A stretch of DNA of 64,000 nt from Kofleriaceae bacterium (lineage in GTDB: Bacteria > Myxococcota_A > Polyangia > Haliangiales > Haliangiaceae), in assembly GCA_046597055.1 (NCBI GenBank), contig JBKJLC010000293.1, forward strand, positions 1 through 64,000, in the 5' to 3' direction. The first letter of the stretch is position 1, and each line of letters opens with the position of its first letter. The notes under the pieces were generated by a model, which had not been told where the DNA came from, did not search any database, and was given only the letters and a program-made list of their open reading frames with translations. This document shows positions 1 through 14,140 of the stretch, piece by piece. A program made the translations under genes and the position numbers.

Positions 1-1
1 C

Positions 2-243
2 GCTGGGGCACGCGCGGCCGGCCTCGCCGTCGGCGAAGCCGAGGTCCCGGCGCTTGCTCGATCCGGGGTCCCCGGGCGTGACGCACGCCGGTGCCATTGC
101 CCCAACCCGCCGACGCACGCACCACCCGGCCGGGGAATTTACGAGCGCGCCTGGGACCTCGTCCCCGCCTCGGCGCGCCCTCCGTGCAGACCTCGAGCAC
201 CCGGCCCGGGCTCGACCGAGGTGCTTCTCGTGCGACAGCCCCA
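2..243. repeat. Copy 1 of a dispersed structured non-coding repeat (weaker similarity may extend to ~415)
   Basis: Positions ~9-184 are near-identical to ~20598-20772, with looser similarity continuing to ~243/20830. Internal long inverted repeat (40-60 vs 142-161). Confidence 0.85.
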
Positions 244-463
244 TGCCGGGCGTCCTGAGTCCATGCCCCGTTGACCCGGCGCAGCCGGGCGCACCGCGAC
301 GGGCTGCGCCGAGCGAAGCGAGGCGGCGCCGTTCCGTACAGATCGGGCGCGGCCTCCGGGCCGCGGCCGAACGATCGAAAAGGAGGGTGGGATTCGAAGA
401 ATCACAGCCTCGACTTGGGTTTCGCTGTTCAGGCGGCGCGACGGCCCGAGCCCTGGCTCACGG

Positions 464-1402
464 TCACCGAGAAAGGCGCGGCTCGTCGAGCACGTGGCGG
501 ATCTCGACGTAGCGGACCGCGAAGCCGAGCCGCTGGTACAGGCGGGGCGCGCCGGTGGGGCTGTCGCTGTCGACGTGGAGATGGACGTCGGTGATGCCGT
601 CGTCGCGCAGCTGCGCGAGCGCGCGCACCAGCAGGCTGGCGCCGAGGCCCAAGCGCCGATGCGCGCGGCGCACGCCCACGGCCCCCACGTAGGCGAGCCG
701 CGGCTGCTCGTCGTCCACCGCGACGAAGCAGAAGCCGGCGATCGCGCCATCGGCGGTCTCGAGGACCAGGTCGTGCTCGGGCCGGTAGCCCGGGCTGGCG
801 TTGTCGTGATGGAACTCGGCGATCGTCAATGGGCTGAAGTCGTGGGCGTCGGCGAACGCCTCGTTGAACGCCGCGACGTAGCCGTCGGCATCGGGCGCGC
901 CGAGGCCGGGCCGGATCCGGTAGCCGGCCGGCAGCGGCGCCGCCGGCAGCTCGGTGGCCAGGGCGCGGGCCATGCTGTGGCGCACGCGGTGTGGCACGAA
1001 GCCGAGCGCGGCCAGGCGCCCGGCGCGATCGGGATCGCGCACCGCGATCGCGTGCACCAGCCGGCGCGGCGCCGGGGCCGCCTCGCGCAGGCGCCCCGCG
1101 GCCCAGTCGATCACCGCGGGCTCGAGGTCGAGGTCGCGGGCATCGCCGATCGCGTAGTGGAGCCGTCCCGACGTGGTCTCGGCAGATGGCTCGATCCGGA
1201 GCCGCGCAAAGGCGCGGATCGCGCCGGTCGGATCGCACCACACGCGCAGATCGCGCTCGCCATCGATCTGCGGCGACGTCAGCTCCGAAACCAAGGCCGG
1301 GCGCGACCGCGGCTCGAGCTCGGCCTCGCCGGCGAGCGCGGCGTGGTTGATCAGCTCGACCAGCCGATCGTGATCGGCGGACGTGGGAGCACGGGTGCGC
1401 AT
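464..1402 (-). CDS. Tandem GNAT-family N-acetyltransferase (MshD-like architecture)
   Basis: C-terminal GNAT motifs VGVRRAHRRLGLGASLL and GAPRLYQRLGF; ~310 aa fits two GNAT domains; ATG at 1402 chosen. Confidence 0.85.
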   Translation of the reverse strand: MRTRAPTSADHDRLVELINHAALAGEAELEPRSRPALVSELTSPQIDGERDLRVWCDPTGAIRAFARLRIEPSAETTSGRLHYAIGDARDLDLEPAVIDWAAGRLREAAPAPRRLVHAIAVRDPDRAGRLAALGFVPHRVRHSMARALATELPAAPLPAGYRIRPGLGAPDADGYVAAFNEAFADAHDFSPLTIAEFHHDNASPGYRPEHDLVLETADGAIAGFCFVAVDDEQPRLAYVGAVGVRRAHRRLGLGASLLVRALAQLRDDGITDVHLHVDSDSPTGAPRLYQRLGFAVRYVEIRHVLDEPRLSR

Positions 1403-1448
1403 CGCGCGCGACAGTACACCGGCCGGCCGCACGGTCGGGCTTGACGTC

Positions 1449-1469
1449 TTAGTGTATTGATGACACCAA
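1449..1469. promoter_or_regulatory. 21-bp palindromic operator, NrtR-box-like (GT-N7-AC core), next to a TTGACG -35-like hexamer
   Basis: TTAGTGT-ATTGATG-ACACCAA; arms match 6/7; AT-rich island in GC-rich DNA, 10 nt before the sirtuin ATG. Confidence 0.5.
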
Positions 1470-1479
1470 TCATCGCACC

Positions 1480-2226
1480 ATGCAGCCGCTCGCCATCACC
1501 CCGACCACCCGCGTGCTCGTCCTGACCGGCGCCGGCTGCTCTGCCGAGAGCGGCGTGCCGACCTTCCGCGATGCCGGCGGCCTGTGGGAGGGCCACTCGG
1601 TCACCGACGTGGCGACCCCCGCGGGCTTCTTCCACGACCCGCTGCTGGTCTGGCGCTTCTACTCCGAACGGCGCACCGCGCTGACCGGCATCACGCCCAA
1701 CCCGGCGCACGTCGCGCTCGCCGAGCTCGAGCGCCGGCTGGGCGATCGCTTCCTGCTCGCGACCCAGAACATCGACGGCCTGCACCAGGCCGCCGGGAGC
1801 GAGCGCGTGATCGAGCTGCACGGCGCCCTCATGCGCTCGCGCTGCACGGTCTGCGACCGCCCGGCGTTCGAGGATCGGACCGCCTACCGGACCGGGGTCG
1901 CGCCGATGTGCGGGCGCTGCCTGGCGCGCGGCAAGGACGCGCTCCTGCGTCCCGACGTGGTCTGGTTCGGCGAGCGGCTCGCGCCCGACGCGCTGGCGCG
2001 GGTCGAACGCTTCGTGATCGACGCCGGCCCGCAGCTGATCTTCCTGGCGATCGGCACCTCGGGCCTGGTCGAGCCGGCCGCCAGCCTGGTCGACGGCGCC
2101 GAGGCCGTCGGCGGCGCGACCTGGCTGGTCAACGCCGAGCGACCGGCCAACGCCGACCGGTTCGGCCAGGTCGTCCTCGGTCCGGCCGGGCGCGTGCTGC
2201 CGGTCCTGTTCGGAGCCGGCGGCTAG
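1480..2226 (+). CDS. cobB: NAD-dependent protein deacylase (sirtuin, class III)
   Basis: GAGCSAESGVPTFR, TQNIDGLH, ELHG, two CxxC pairs, LRPDVVWFGE, IGTSG; FYSER carries the YxxR desuccinylase signature. Confidence 0.93.
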   Translation: MQPLAITPTTRVLVLTGAGCSAESGVPTFRDAGGLWEGHSVTDVATPAGFFHDPLLVWRFYSERRTALTGITPNPAHVALAELERRLGDRFLLATQNIDGLHQAAGSERVIELHGALMRSRCTVCDRPAFEDRTAYRTGVAPMCGRCLARGKDALLRPDVVWFGERLAPDALARVERFVIDAGPQLIFLAIGTSGLVEPAASLVDGAEAVGGATWLVNAERPANADRFGQVVLGPAGRVLPVLFGAGG

Positions 2227-3872
2227 CTCATGTTGGTCTTGAACTTGACGTCGGTCTTCCCGAGCTTGATGACGTCGTTGTCGAGCAGCTCGTGGCGGTC
2301 GACCCGGCGCTCGTTGACGTAGGTGCCGTTGCTCGAGAGGTTGTCGACGAGGGTGAAACCGTCGGGCGTCATCGCGATGTGGACGTGCTCACCGCTCATG
2401 TAGCGGTCGTCGAAGAAGATGTGGGCCTCGCGCGCGTTGCCGATCTTGGTGACGCCAGAGCCGAGCTTGAAGGTCTGGAACTGGTGCGGGCCGTTGATGG
2501 GCACCAGCCATCCGACCAGCGGGATGCCGTCGATGTTGATCGCGACCGTGCGGTGCCCCACCGCGGGCTCGGGCACGGGCTTCATCGGGCGGTGGACCGG
2601 ATCGCGCGTGGCGACCGGGACCGGGGCCGGGGCCAGCGCTATCGCGGTCGGCTTGCGCCCCCGCCGCCCGAGGACGATCAGCGCGAACAGCAGGGCTGCG
2701 CCGAGCGCGACCCACGGCCACCAGCGGGTGCGCCCCGGCGCGAGCGTGCCGAGCGTGGCGAGCTGGGTGGCGCCCACCGGCTCCTCGTCGAGGAGCAGGC
2801 TCAGCTCGTGGGGCTTGCCGTCGAGCTCGACGCCGCGCCGCTGCCGGGTCCGCGCGTCGACGACCTGGCCCGGAAACTCGAGCCAGAACCGATCGTTGAG
2901 CGCGTCCGACGCGATGCTCGACAGCTTGGCCGCCAGCTCCCGCGCGGTGCGGACCCGCACGTGGGCGCCGCGCTCGCCGAGCAGCTTCATGTGCTCGGTG
3001 CCGCGCAGCTTGGTGTCGCGGTCGTCGGGGATGTACTTCGACTCGGCCTCGAGCTGGAGCGCGAACACGCGCACGTTGTCGTGATCGAGCTTCTGCTTCA
3101 CCGCCCGCAGCGCATCGGCGCCGCCCGACTCGACGCCGTCGCTGATGATGATGAGGATCTTGCGGGTCGCGACCGCCTGCTCGAGCTGCGCAGCCGCCAC
3201 CTGCAGGCCGACGCTCAGGTCGCGCCCGGTCTGGTTCTGCTGGAGCTGCTGGGGCCCCAGCTGCGCGCCGCCGAGCCCGGTGAGCTCGGCGAGCGGCGCC
3301 CGCACCTGCGCGCCGGAGCCGTAGACGACGATCGCGCCCTTCGAGCCGGGCGGGCCCGCGCACGCCAGCGCCGCCGGCAGCTCGGCGGCGGGATCGCACG
3401 CGACGTCGAGGGCGTCGCGGATCGCCGCATGCACGCCAGGCGCGCGGCGCTTGCCGATCACCTTGCGGACGACCGGCGCCGCCTCGGCCCCTTCCTCGCC
3501 CCCGGCTCCTTCGGGGGTCGCGTCCTCGACGTAGGTGTCGTTGCCGAAGTAGTACTCGTGGCCCTCGATCAGCACCACCACGGCCAGCGTCTCGGTCGAG
3601 CGGTGGTACGGGATCACGCGGGTCGCGCTCACCGGCCGCAGCCGGCCATCGACCTGGCGCAGGGTCCAACGCGCGACGTCCTCGCCGGTCGGGGCGCCCT
3701 CGCCGACGACCTTGATCCGGAGCCGCGGCGGTGGGCTCGGCTCGAGCCTGGTGGCCTCACCCGGGGCGATGTCGACGATCGACCATGCCGGCGCGTCCCC
3801 GTGCGCGATCCGCACCCCGCTCATTGCTGCAACCACGGTCATGACGACCGCCCAACCAGACGCACGCTTCAT
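2223..3872 (-). CDS. Membrane-anchored protein: signal peptide, vWA-like domain, TM helix, C-terminal FHA domain
   Basis: IIISDG vWA-like motif; TM WWPWVALGAALLFALIVLG; FHA motifs MSGEH and SSNGTYVN. Confidence 0.8.
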   Translation of the reverse strand: MKRASGWAVVMTVVAAMSGVRIAHGDAPAWSIVDIAPGEATRLEPSPPPRLRIKVVGEGAPTGEDVARWTLRQVDGRLRPVSATRVIPYHRSTETLAVVVLIEGHEYYFGNDTYVEDATPEGAGGEEGAEAAPVVRKVIGKRRAPGVHAAIRDALDVACDPAAELPAALACAGPPGSKGAIVVYGSGAQVRAPLAELTGLGGAQLGPQQLQQNQTGRDLSVGLQVAAAQLEQAVATRKILIIISDGVESGGADALRAVKQKLDHDNVRVFALQLEAESKYIPDDRDTKLRGTEHMKLLGERGAHVRVRTARELAAKLSSIASDALNDRFWLEFPGQVVDARTRQRRGVELDGKPHELSLLLDEEPVGATQLATLGTLAPGRTRWWPWVALGAALLFALIVLGRRGRKPTAIALAPAPVPVATRDPVHRPMKPVPEPAVGHRTVAINIDGIPLVGWLVPINGPHQFQTFKLGSGVTKIGNAREAHIFFDDRYMSGEHVHIAMTPDGFTLVDNLSSNGTYVNERRVDRHELLDNDVIKLGKTDVKFKTNMS

Positions 3873-4058
3873 CGCGGCTGCCCTCCCACCAAGTTATGGC
3901 GACAGCCCTTCCCTCGCGCCCACGGCACAGCACGGCAATCAGGGGCAAGTACGAAGGCGACCATCGGTGACTGTCTGGCCGCTCCTGTCGACCAGCCGAC
4001 CGCCCGGTTGCCTGCGTTGTTCGGGCGCGGCGGCCACCGGCCGCGGCCGCCTCGGCGG

Positions 4059-4655
4059 CTACAGCTTCACGGTGACCGCGAACAGGATGTCGAGATCGAC
4101 CCCGGTGTAGTCGAGGTCGAGGTCGTCGTCGTCGTTCGCGTCGTCCTCGTCGAAGTGGAACGCCAGCGGCACGCCGAGCTGGGCTCCGACCGCGACCGAG
4201 CCGAGGTTGACCAGGACGCCACCGGCGATCTCGGCGGCGATGCCGGCGTCGGTCTCGCCGAACTCGACGTTCAGCGCGTCGACCTCGCCGTGGACCCGGA
4301 CCAGGTCGACGCCGGCCGCGACCCGACCGAACACGAACGCCCGCTCGCCGACCCGCTGACCGAACCGGCCGCCGAGCTGGAGGCGGAACCGCTGGATGTC
4401 GATCTCGGTGAACGGGATGTCGTAGTCGTCGGACACCGGCGTGAAGTCGAACGCGAGCTCCGGGCCGATGCCGCGCTCGAGCAGCGACCCGACCCGCAGG
4501 CCCAGCTTGGGGCTCGACTCGGACACGCGCTCGTAGTCCTCGTCGGCGAGAGGGATCGCGATCCCGGCGACCGGCTCGATGAAGGTCTCGGCCGTGGCGA
4601 CCAGCGGTGCGCCGAGGACCGCGACGAGACAGGTGGCACGCAGGTACGTCGTCAT
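4059..4655 (-). CDS. Outer-membrane beta-barrel protein
   Basis: Signal peptide, alternating amphipathic strands, ends in a strand (ILFAVTVKL). Confidence 0.65.
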   Translation of the reverse strand: MTTYLRATCLVAVLGAPLVATAETFIEPVAGIAIPLADEDYERVSESSPKLGLRVGSLLERGIGPELAFDFTPVSDDYDIPFTEIDIQRFRLQLGGRFGQRVGERAFVFGRVAAGVDLVRVHGEVDALNVEFGETDAGIAAEIAGGVLVNLGSVAVGAQLGVPLAFHFDEDDANDDDDLDLDYTGVDLDILFAVTVKL

Positions 4656-4755
4656 GCGCGGAACGTAGCCCACGCCGACCGCGGAGGGTTCTTCAAGTCG
4701 AGGCGCGCGACCGGCGTCACGATCCCCGACCCGGACCCGGTCGAAGGCCGGGTCT

Positions 4756-6393
4756 TCAGTTCAGATCGCCGGCGACCGTGACGTAACCTTGGTCACCACC
4801 GACCCGGAGGTCGGTCACCGAGATGCCGTACACCGACGGCAGCGGGATGCCGCCCAGGATGGGCGCGAGGGTGTCGACCATGATCCGCGCGACCCCCGGG
4901 AAGATCGTCTCGAGCTGGTCGTCGGCGACGCCGGTCGAGTTGCTGAGCACGTTGGCGGTGAGCCGGTCCATGCCGATCGTGAGCCGGGCGGCGCCGTTGT
5001 AGCTGGGGTTGGGCTCGACCCGCAGCGTGAGCTCGAGGTTGAACGCGACCCGGGTCAGGGTGTCGCCGCCGGCCTGGAAGTCGACCATCAGATCGCCCAT
5101 CGCGACCCGCAGCGAGCCGTCGCCGGCCGCGCTCACCAGCGGCGGCAGCAGCGCCTCGAGCACGACCCCGTCATACATGCCCAGCGGCTCGGCGCGGCGG
5201 ACCGAGAGCGCACCGGCCGACCAGAACCCGGACAGGGCCTGGTTGATCGTGTCGTCGGACACGGCGAGCTCGAAGCCGGCGCCGGTGCGCGCCGGCGGCA
5301 CCTGGTCGTCGGTGTAGACGAAGCGTGCGTCGCTGCCGATCAGCCGCAGCCGCCCGTCGAGCATGATCTCGGCCCCGCCCGGGTCGAGCGCGATGCCGGC
5401 CGGTGTGACCGCGACCTCGACCGTCTGGCCCAGGATGTCCAGCTGCTGCGGGCCGACCGCCACGCCGCGCAGCGCCTGGTCGAGCACCGGCGCCATGAAC
5501 CGCTCGACCGCCCACGCCAGCACGTCGCCGGTCGCGCGATCGAGATCGAGCAGGTCGAGGACGGCCCCCGGCACGCCGCTCGCCTGCAGGTTGAAGCCCT
5601 CGAGCGTGACCTGCGGTGTGCCGAGCCGGACGTCGAACCGGCCCCCGGCGACCATGATCGCGAGGGTCCCGCGGATGCGCGCGCGGCTGGCGCGCACGGT
5701 GATGTCGGTGGCGCCACCGATGCAAGCGGCGGCGTAGCGGGCGTGGAGCGGCACCACCAGCCCGCGCAGGTCGACGTCGAGCGCGAGGCCGTCCTCGACC
5801 GGCACGACCGCGATCGCCGCGGTGGTCACGTCGAGACCGGGTCGCACGCTGACCTTCCCGTAGAGACAGTCTTCTCGGCCATTATTGAGCCCGCGCGCGA
5901 GCACCGGATTGAACGGCGCCACGAACGCGCCGAGGTCGCTCTCCTCGACCAGCCGGCCGGCCGCGTCGGCGAGCCGATCGAACGCCGCCGCCGACAGCGC
6001 CGCCGAGATCGCGTTGTCGATCATCTGGTCGGCCGGTCGCATCGTGCCGGTGACCACCGCGCGGGTGTCGGCCTCCTGCCGGCCGGCGGCGTCGATCGCG
6101 AGCGTCTCGAGGAAGCTCACCCCGGGCGCGAGCGCGACGGCAACGGCGAACGACCCGTCGGCGGCCACCGCCGCGCGCGCGCCGTTGACGGTGACGGCCA
6201 TGACCGCCTCGCCGTCGAGACCAGGCCGCGCGGTCCCGGTGACCTCGATCGTGGTCAGGCCCTCGGTCATCGTGCCGCGCGCTGGCGACGTCACCTCCAG
6301 CAAGGGCAGCGCCGGCCGGCTCAGCTCCTCGGAGGTGCAGGCACTCGCGAACAGGGCAGCGGTGAGGATGGCAAGCGTGGTGAGGTGGCGCAT
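4756..6393 (-). CDS. Lipoprotein with N-terminal Ig-like domain and probable BPI/LBP (TULIP)-like region
   Basis: Lipobox FASAC; VTSPARG...VTVNG Ig-like segment; LAVSDDTINQALSGFW resembles a BPI-like helix (inferred). Confidence 0.6.
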   Translation of the reverse strand: MRHLTTLAILTAALFASACTSEELSRPALPLLEVTSPARGTMTEGLTTIEVTGTARPGLDGEAVMAVTVNGARAAVAADGSFAVAVALAPGVSFLETLAIDAAGRQEADTRAVVTGTMRPADQMIDNAISAALSAAAFDRLADAAGRLVEESDLGAFVAPFNPVLARGLNNGREDCLYGKVSVRPGLDVTTAAIAVVPVEDGLALDVDLRGLVVPLHARYAAACIGGATDITVRASRARIRGTLAIMVAGGRFDVRLGTPQVTLEGFNLQASGVPGAVLDLLDLDRATGDVLAWAVERFMAPVLDQALRGVAVGPQQLDILGQTVEVAVTPAGIALDPGGAEIMLDGRLRLIGSDARFVYTDDQVPPARTGAGFELAVSDDTINQALSGFWSAGALSVRRAEPLGMYDGVVLEALLPPLVSAAGDGSLRVAMGDLMVDFQAGGDTLTRVAFNLELTLRVEPNPSYNGAARLTIGMDRLTANVLSNSTGVADDQLETIFPGVARIMVDTLAPILGGIPLPSVYGISVTDLRVGGDQGYVTVAGDLN

Positions 6394-6423
6394 CGATTCC
6401 CCCGGGGTTGCCGATGCATCTTC

Positions 6424-6439
6424 AGCAACATCGGTTCCA
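6424..6439 (-). promoter_or_regulatory. sigma54 -24/-12 promoter
   Basis: Minus strand TGGAACCGATGTTGCT (GG-N10-GC), ~30 nt upstream of ATG 6393. Confidence 0.65.
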
Positions 6440-6563
6440 GGGTCGTCCGGCCGGCGCTTGCCTGCATGCCCTCGACATCACTGGGGTGAGGCCGGCTCCA
6501 TGTGGGACTACCGACCCCAGCGCAACCTGGGGACAGCGGCGGCTCCCGTGACCACGCGGTGCG

Positions 6564-8951
<2,388 letters not shown>

Positions 8952-9128
8952 GGAAGCTGGCCACTCTATCCAAAACCCCACCCGTGACAAGAGCGGCGGG
9001 ACCCCCTTGCGTGCCGCGAACCGCGCTCGGTCCACCCCGGCGTCTCAGGCGTGAGCCGATGGCCGAGACCGCGGGAATCCCACGAGAAAGCCATTGCGTC
9101 ATCCGTCAAAAAGCCGTACGGAAACGAA

Positions 9129-11173
<2,045 letters not shown>

Positions 11174-11177
<4 letters not shown>

Positions 11178-11704
11178 CGGTGCGGTCCGCGCTCGCGCTG
11201 GCCGCGGCGGTCACCCTGGCCGCCGGCTGCATGAAGCCGGACACCCGCGGCGCGCGGCTCGAGCTGGCCGACGCCCGGCTCGAGATCGCTCAGCACGACG
11301 GCGCTCGCCACGTCGTCAGCATGACCAGCCAGGGCGTGCTCGCGTTCGACCGCGAGGTGTTCGCGACCATCGGCAAGGACGGCGACCTCCGCGCCGGCGG
11401 CGCCGAGACGGCCAAGCTGCAGAAGGATGGCGTGCTCTGGGTCCAGGGGGTCCGGAGCAACAACGTCGTGATCCGGCCCGACGGCACCTTCGAGATGTAC
11501 GGCGAGGTCGCGCTGACGATCGGCGCCGACGGTGCCGTGACCGGGCCGCTGCTGGCGTCGATGGCCCATCCGCGGATGGTCACCGAGGACGCGACCGTCA
11601 CCTACGTCGGCCCGCCCGAGGCCCGGCGCGCGCTGATGACCGGCTTCGTCGCGTTCGTGACCGGCACGCCGCTGCAGCCGCCGTCGCCGCCGGTCAAGAA
11701 GTAG
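11174..11704 (+). CDS. Hypothetical lipoprotein
   Basis: GTG overlaps speA stop (GTGA); lipobox LAAGC. Confidence 0.7.
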
Positions 11705-12229
11705 CTACTTCTTGCGCTGACCGCGGCAGAGGAACGACGCGAAGTTGTCCCAGTCGATCGGGGGCAGCGTGTCCTCACCAAAGGCGACGCACGCCGAGGT
11801 CAGGAACGCGCGCGGATCGAGGTGCGACCAGCGCCCGCCACCGGGCGCGTCGACCTCCTCGGCCTCCACCGCGAAGAAGCTCCCCGACTCGTCGGCGAGC
11901 CCGGCCCGGACCAGCTCGTCGAGATCGAGGATCTGGTCGCGCACGGTCGACTCCCAGGTCGCGAACCCGTCGGGCATCTCCTCGATCGTCTGATCGCGGA
12001 GGGTCCGCCACTGCGGGTCGAACGGCGGCGCCTGCTCGTCGAAGGCGGCGGCCAGCAGCTCGCCCAGCTCGCCGGCGGTGAGGTAGCGGCGCCCGGCGCG
12101 GTGGTGCTCGGTGCCCAGCCGCCACAGCGCGCGCAGGTACTCGTCCAGCGTCCGGCCCCCAGGGTTCTCCAGCGTCGACAAGAAGTCGTGGAGGTCACGG
12201 CCGGAGCGCAGGGGACGAGAGAGGACCAT
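11705..12229 (-). CDS. Hypothetical cytoplasmic protein
   Basis: Protein-like C-terminal portion of the 814-aa ORF starting MVLSRP; Trp/acidic-rich; convergent with the preceding gene. Confidence 0.7.
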   Translation of the reverse strand: MVLSRPLRSGRDLHDFLSTLENPGGRTLDEYLRALWRLGTEHHRAGRRYLTAGELGELLAAAFDEQAPPFDPQWRTLRDQTIEEMPDGFATWESTVRDQILDLDELVRAGLADESGSFFAVEAEEVDAPGGGRWSHLDPRAFLTSACVAFGEDTLPPIDWDNFASFLCRGQRKK

Positions 12230-12505
12230 GGACGCGGTTGTAGGCGAGGAGCCGGACTTCAGAACTGGTGAAACGCCCGAACGCCAGCGTGTAGCGACGA
12301 TTGCCGCCCCCTGCCTGCAACCCCTGGCAGGGTCAGGCCAGCCAGCGGGCGAGTCGGACGGCCGAACGAAGGGACGAGGGTCGGGGCCGCCGGTGGCGTG
12401 CAGGATCGGATGTCGACCGCGCGCCAGGCGAGCGAGTCGAGCCCGGCTCCGAGCTTGCGGCCGGCGGCCTCTCCCTGCGTGGCGGGCCCGTGGTAAGCGA
12501 GGCTC

Positions 12506-14140
12506 ATGCACGACGCGATCGTCGCCGTTCCGCCGCCCGTCAACGAACCTGTCCTGAGCTACGCCCCGGGCAGCGCCGAGCGGGCCCGGCTCGAGGTCGA
12601 GCTGGCCCGGATCGCCGGCGAGGAGCTCGAGATTCCCTGCATCATCGGCGGCGAGCGGGTGACCACCGGGCGGCTGGTGCCGGTCGTGATGCCGCACGCG
12701 CACCGCCACGTCCTGGCCCGGTTCCACGCCGCCGACGGCGATCTGGTCGAGCGCGCGATCCGCGCCGCGACCGACGCCCGCCGCGAGTGGGAGGTCATGC
12801 GCTGGGAGTCGCGGGCCGCGGTGTTCCTGCGCGCGGCCGAGCTGCTGGCGGGCCCGTGGCGCATGACGCTGGTGGCCGCGACCATGCTCGGCCAGTCGAA
12901 GACCTGTCATCAGGCCGAGATCGACGCGGCCTGCGAGCTGATCGACTTCCTGCGCTTCAACGTCAGCTTCGCGGCCAACCTCTACGCCCAGCAGCCGCTG
13001 TCGAGCCCGGGCATGTGGAACATGATGGAGCTGCGGCCGCTCGAGGGCTTCACCTTCGCGCTCACGCCGTTCAACTTCTCGGCGATCGCCGGCAACCTGC
13101 CGACCGCTCCGGCCCTGATGGGCAACACGGTGCTGTGGAAGCCGGCCGAGTCGCAGATGCTGGCCGCCTACTACACGATGCTCCTGCTCGAGGAGGCCGG
13201 CCTGCCGCCGGGCGTGATCAACTTCTTGCCGGGCGCCGGCCACGAGCTGGCGCCGGTCGCGCTGGCCCACCCCGATCTCGGCGCGATCCACTTCACCGGC
13301 TCGACCGAGGTGTTCCGCTCGATGTGGAAGCAGGTCGCCGGCAACCTCGAGCACTACAAGAGCTACCCGCGCCTGGTCGGCGAGACCGGCGGCAAGGACT
13401 TCATCGTCGCCCACCCGTCGGCCGATCCGCGCGCGGTCGCGACCGCGATCGTGCGCGGTGGCTACGAGTACCAGGGCCAGAAGTGCTCGGCGGCGTCGCG
13501 GATCTACCTCGCGCACAGCATCTGGAAGCAGATCGAGGGCGAGTTGGTCGCCACCATCGACAGCCTGCCGGTCGGCGACGTCCGCGACTTCGGCAACTTC
13601 ATGGGCGCGGTCATCAAGCAGGGCGCGTTCGACCGCCACGCCGCGGCGATCCGCGAGGCCCGGGACACCCGCGGCATGCGGGTGATCGCCGGCGGCGGGT
13701 GCGACGCCGCCGACGGCTGGTTCGTGCGGCCCACGCTGATCACCACCGACGACCCGACGGTCCGGCTCATGCGCGACGAGCTGTTCGGCCCGGTCGTCAC
13801 CCTCCACGTCTTCCCCGACCACGCCTGGGACGAGGTGCTCGACCTGGTCGACCGCACGTCGCCGTTCGCGTTGACCGGCGCGGTGTTCGCCCGCGACCGC
13901 ACCGTCCTGGCGCACGCCACCCAGCGGCTGCGCCACGCCGCCGGCAACTTCTACATCAACGACAAGCCGACCGGCGCGGTGGTCGGTCAGCAGCCGTTCG
14001 GCGGCGCCCGCGCGTCGGGCACCGACGACAAGGCCGGCTCGCCGCTGAACTTGATGCGCTTCGTCTCGGCCCGGACCATCAAGGAGACGTTCGTGCCGGC
14101 CACTGACTGGCGCTACCCGTACCTCGGCGACCGCCCGTAG
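12506..14140 (+). CDS. pruA: L-glutamate gamma-semialdehyde (P5C) dehydrogenase
   Basis: QAEIDAACE, PFNF, FTGST, GETGGK, YQGQKCSA, ELFGP, NDKPTGAVVGQQPFGG. Confidence 0.95.
   Translation: MHDAIVAVPPPVNEPVLSYAPGSAERARLEVELARIAGEELEIPCIIGGERVTTGRLVPVVMPHAHRHVLARFHAADGDLVERAIRAATDARREWEVMRWESRAAVFLRAAELLAGPWRMTLVAATMLGQSKTCHQAEIDAACELIDFLRFNVSFAANLYAQQPLSSPGMWNMMELRPLEGFTFALTPFNFSAIAGNLPTAPALMGNTVLWKPAESQMLAAYYTMLLLEEAGLPPGVINFLPGAGHELAPVALAHPDLGAIHFTGSTEVFRSMWKQVAGNLEHYKSYPRLVGETGGKDFIVAHPSADPRAVATAIVRGGYEYQGQKCSAASRIYLAHSIWKQIEGELVATIDSLPVGDVRDFGNFMGAVIKQGAFDRHAAAIREARDTRGMRVIAGGGCDAADGWFVRPTLITTDDPTVRLMRDELFGPVVTLHVFPDHAWDEVLDLVDRTSPFALTGAVFARDRTVLAHATQRLRHAAGNFYINDKPTGAVVGQQPFGGARASGTDDKAGSPLNLMRFVSARTIKETFVPATDWRYPYLGDRP

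Noticed and set aside
382..398. GGAGGGTGGGATTCGAA resembles the reverse complement of a tRNA 3' end (possible att site)
   Set aside because: Only 17 nt, no cloverleaf, no integrase in the window, and it lies within the tail of the dispersed repeat.
54..512. ORFs MLDPGSPG... in both repeat copies (also 20643-20888) as a duplicated gene
   Set aside because: TTG starts, frames diverge after an indel, and products are low-complexity; conservation is at the nucleotide/structure level.
1584..4781. 1065-aa plus-strand ORF and similar very long ORFs (e.g. 40841-43783, 47858-50764, 31650-34049)
   Set aside because: Arg/Gly/Ala-rich antisense or shifted-frame shadows of motif-bearing genes, expected at this GC content.
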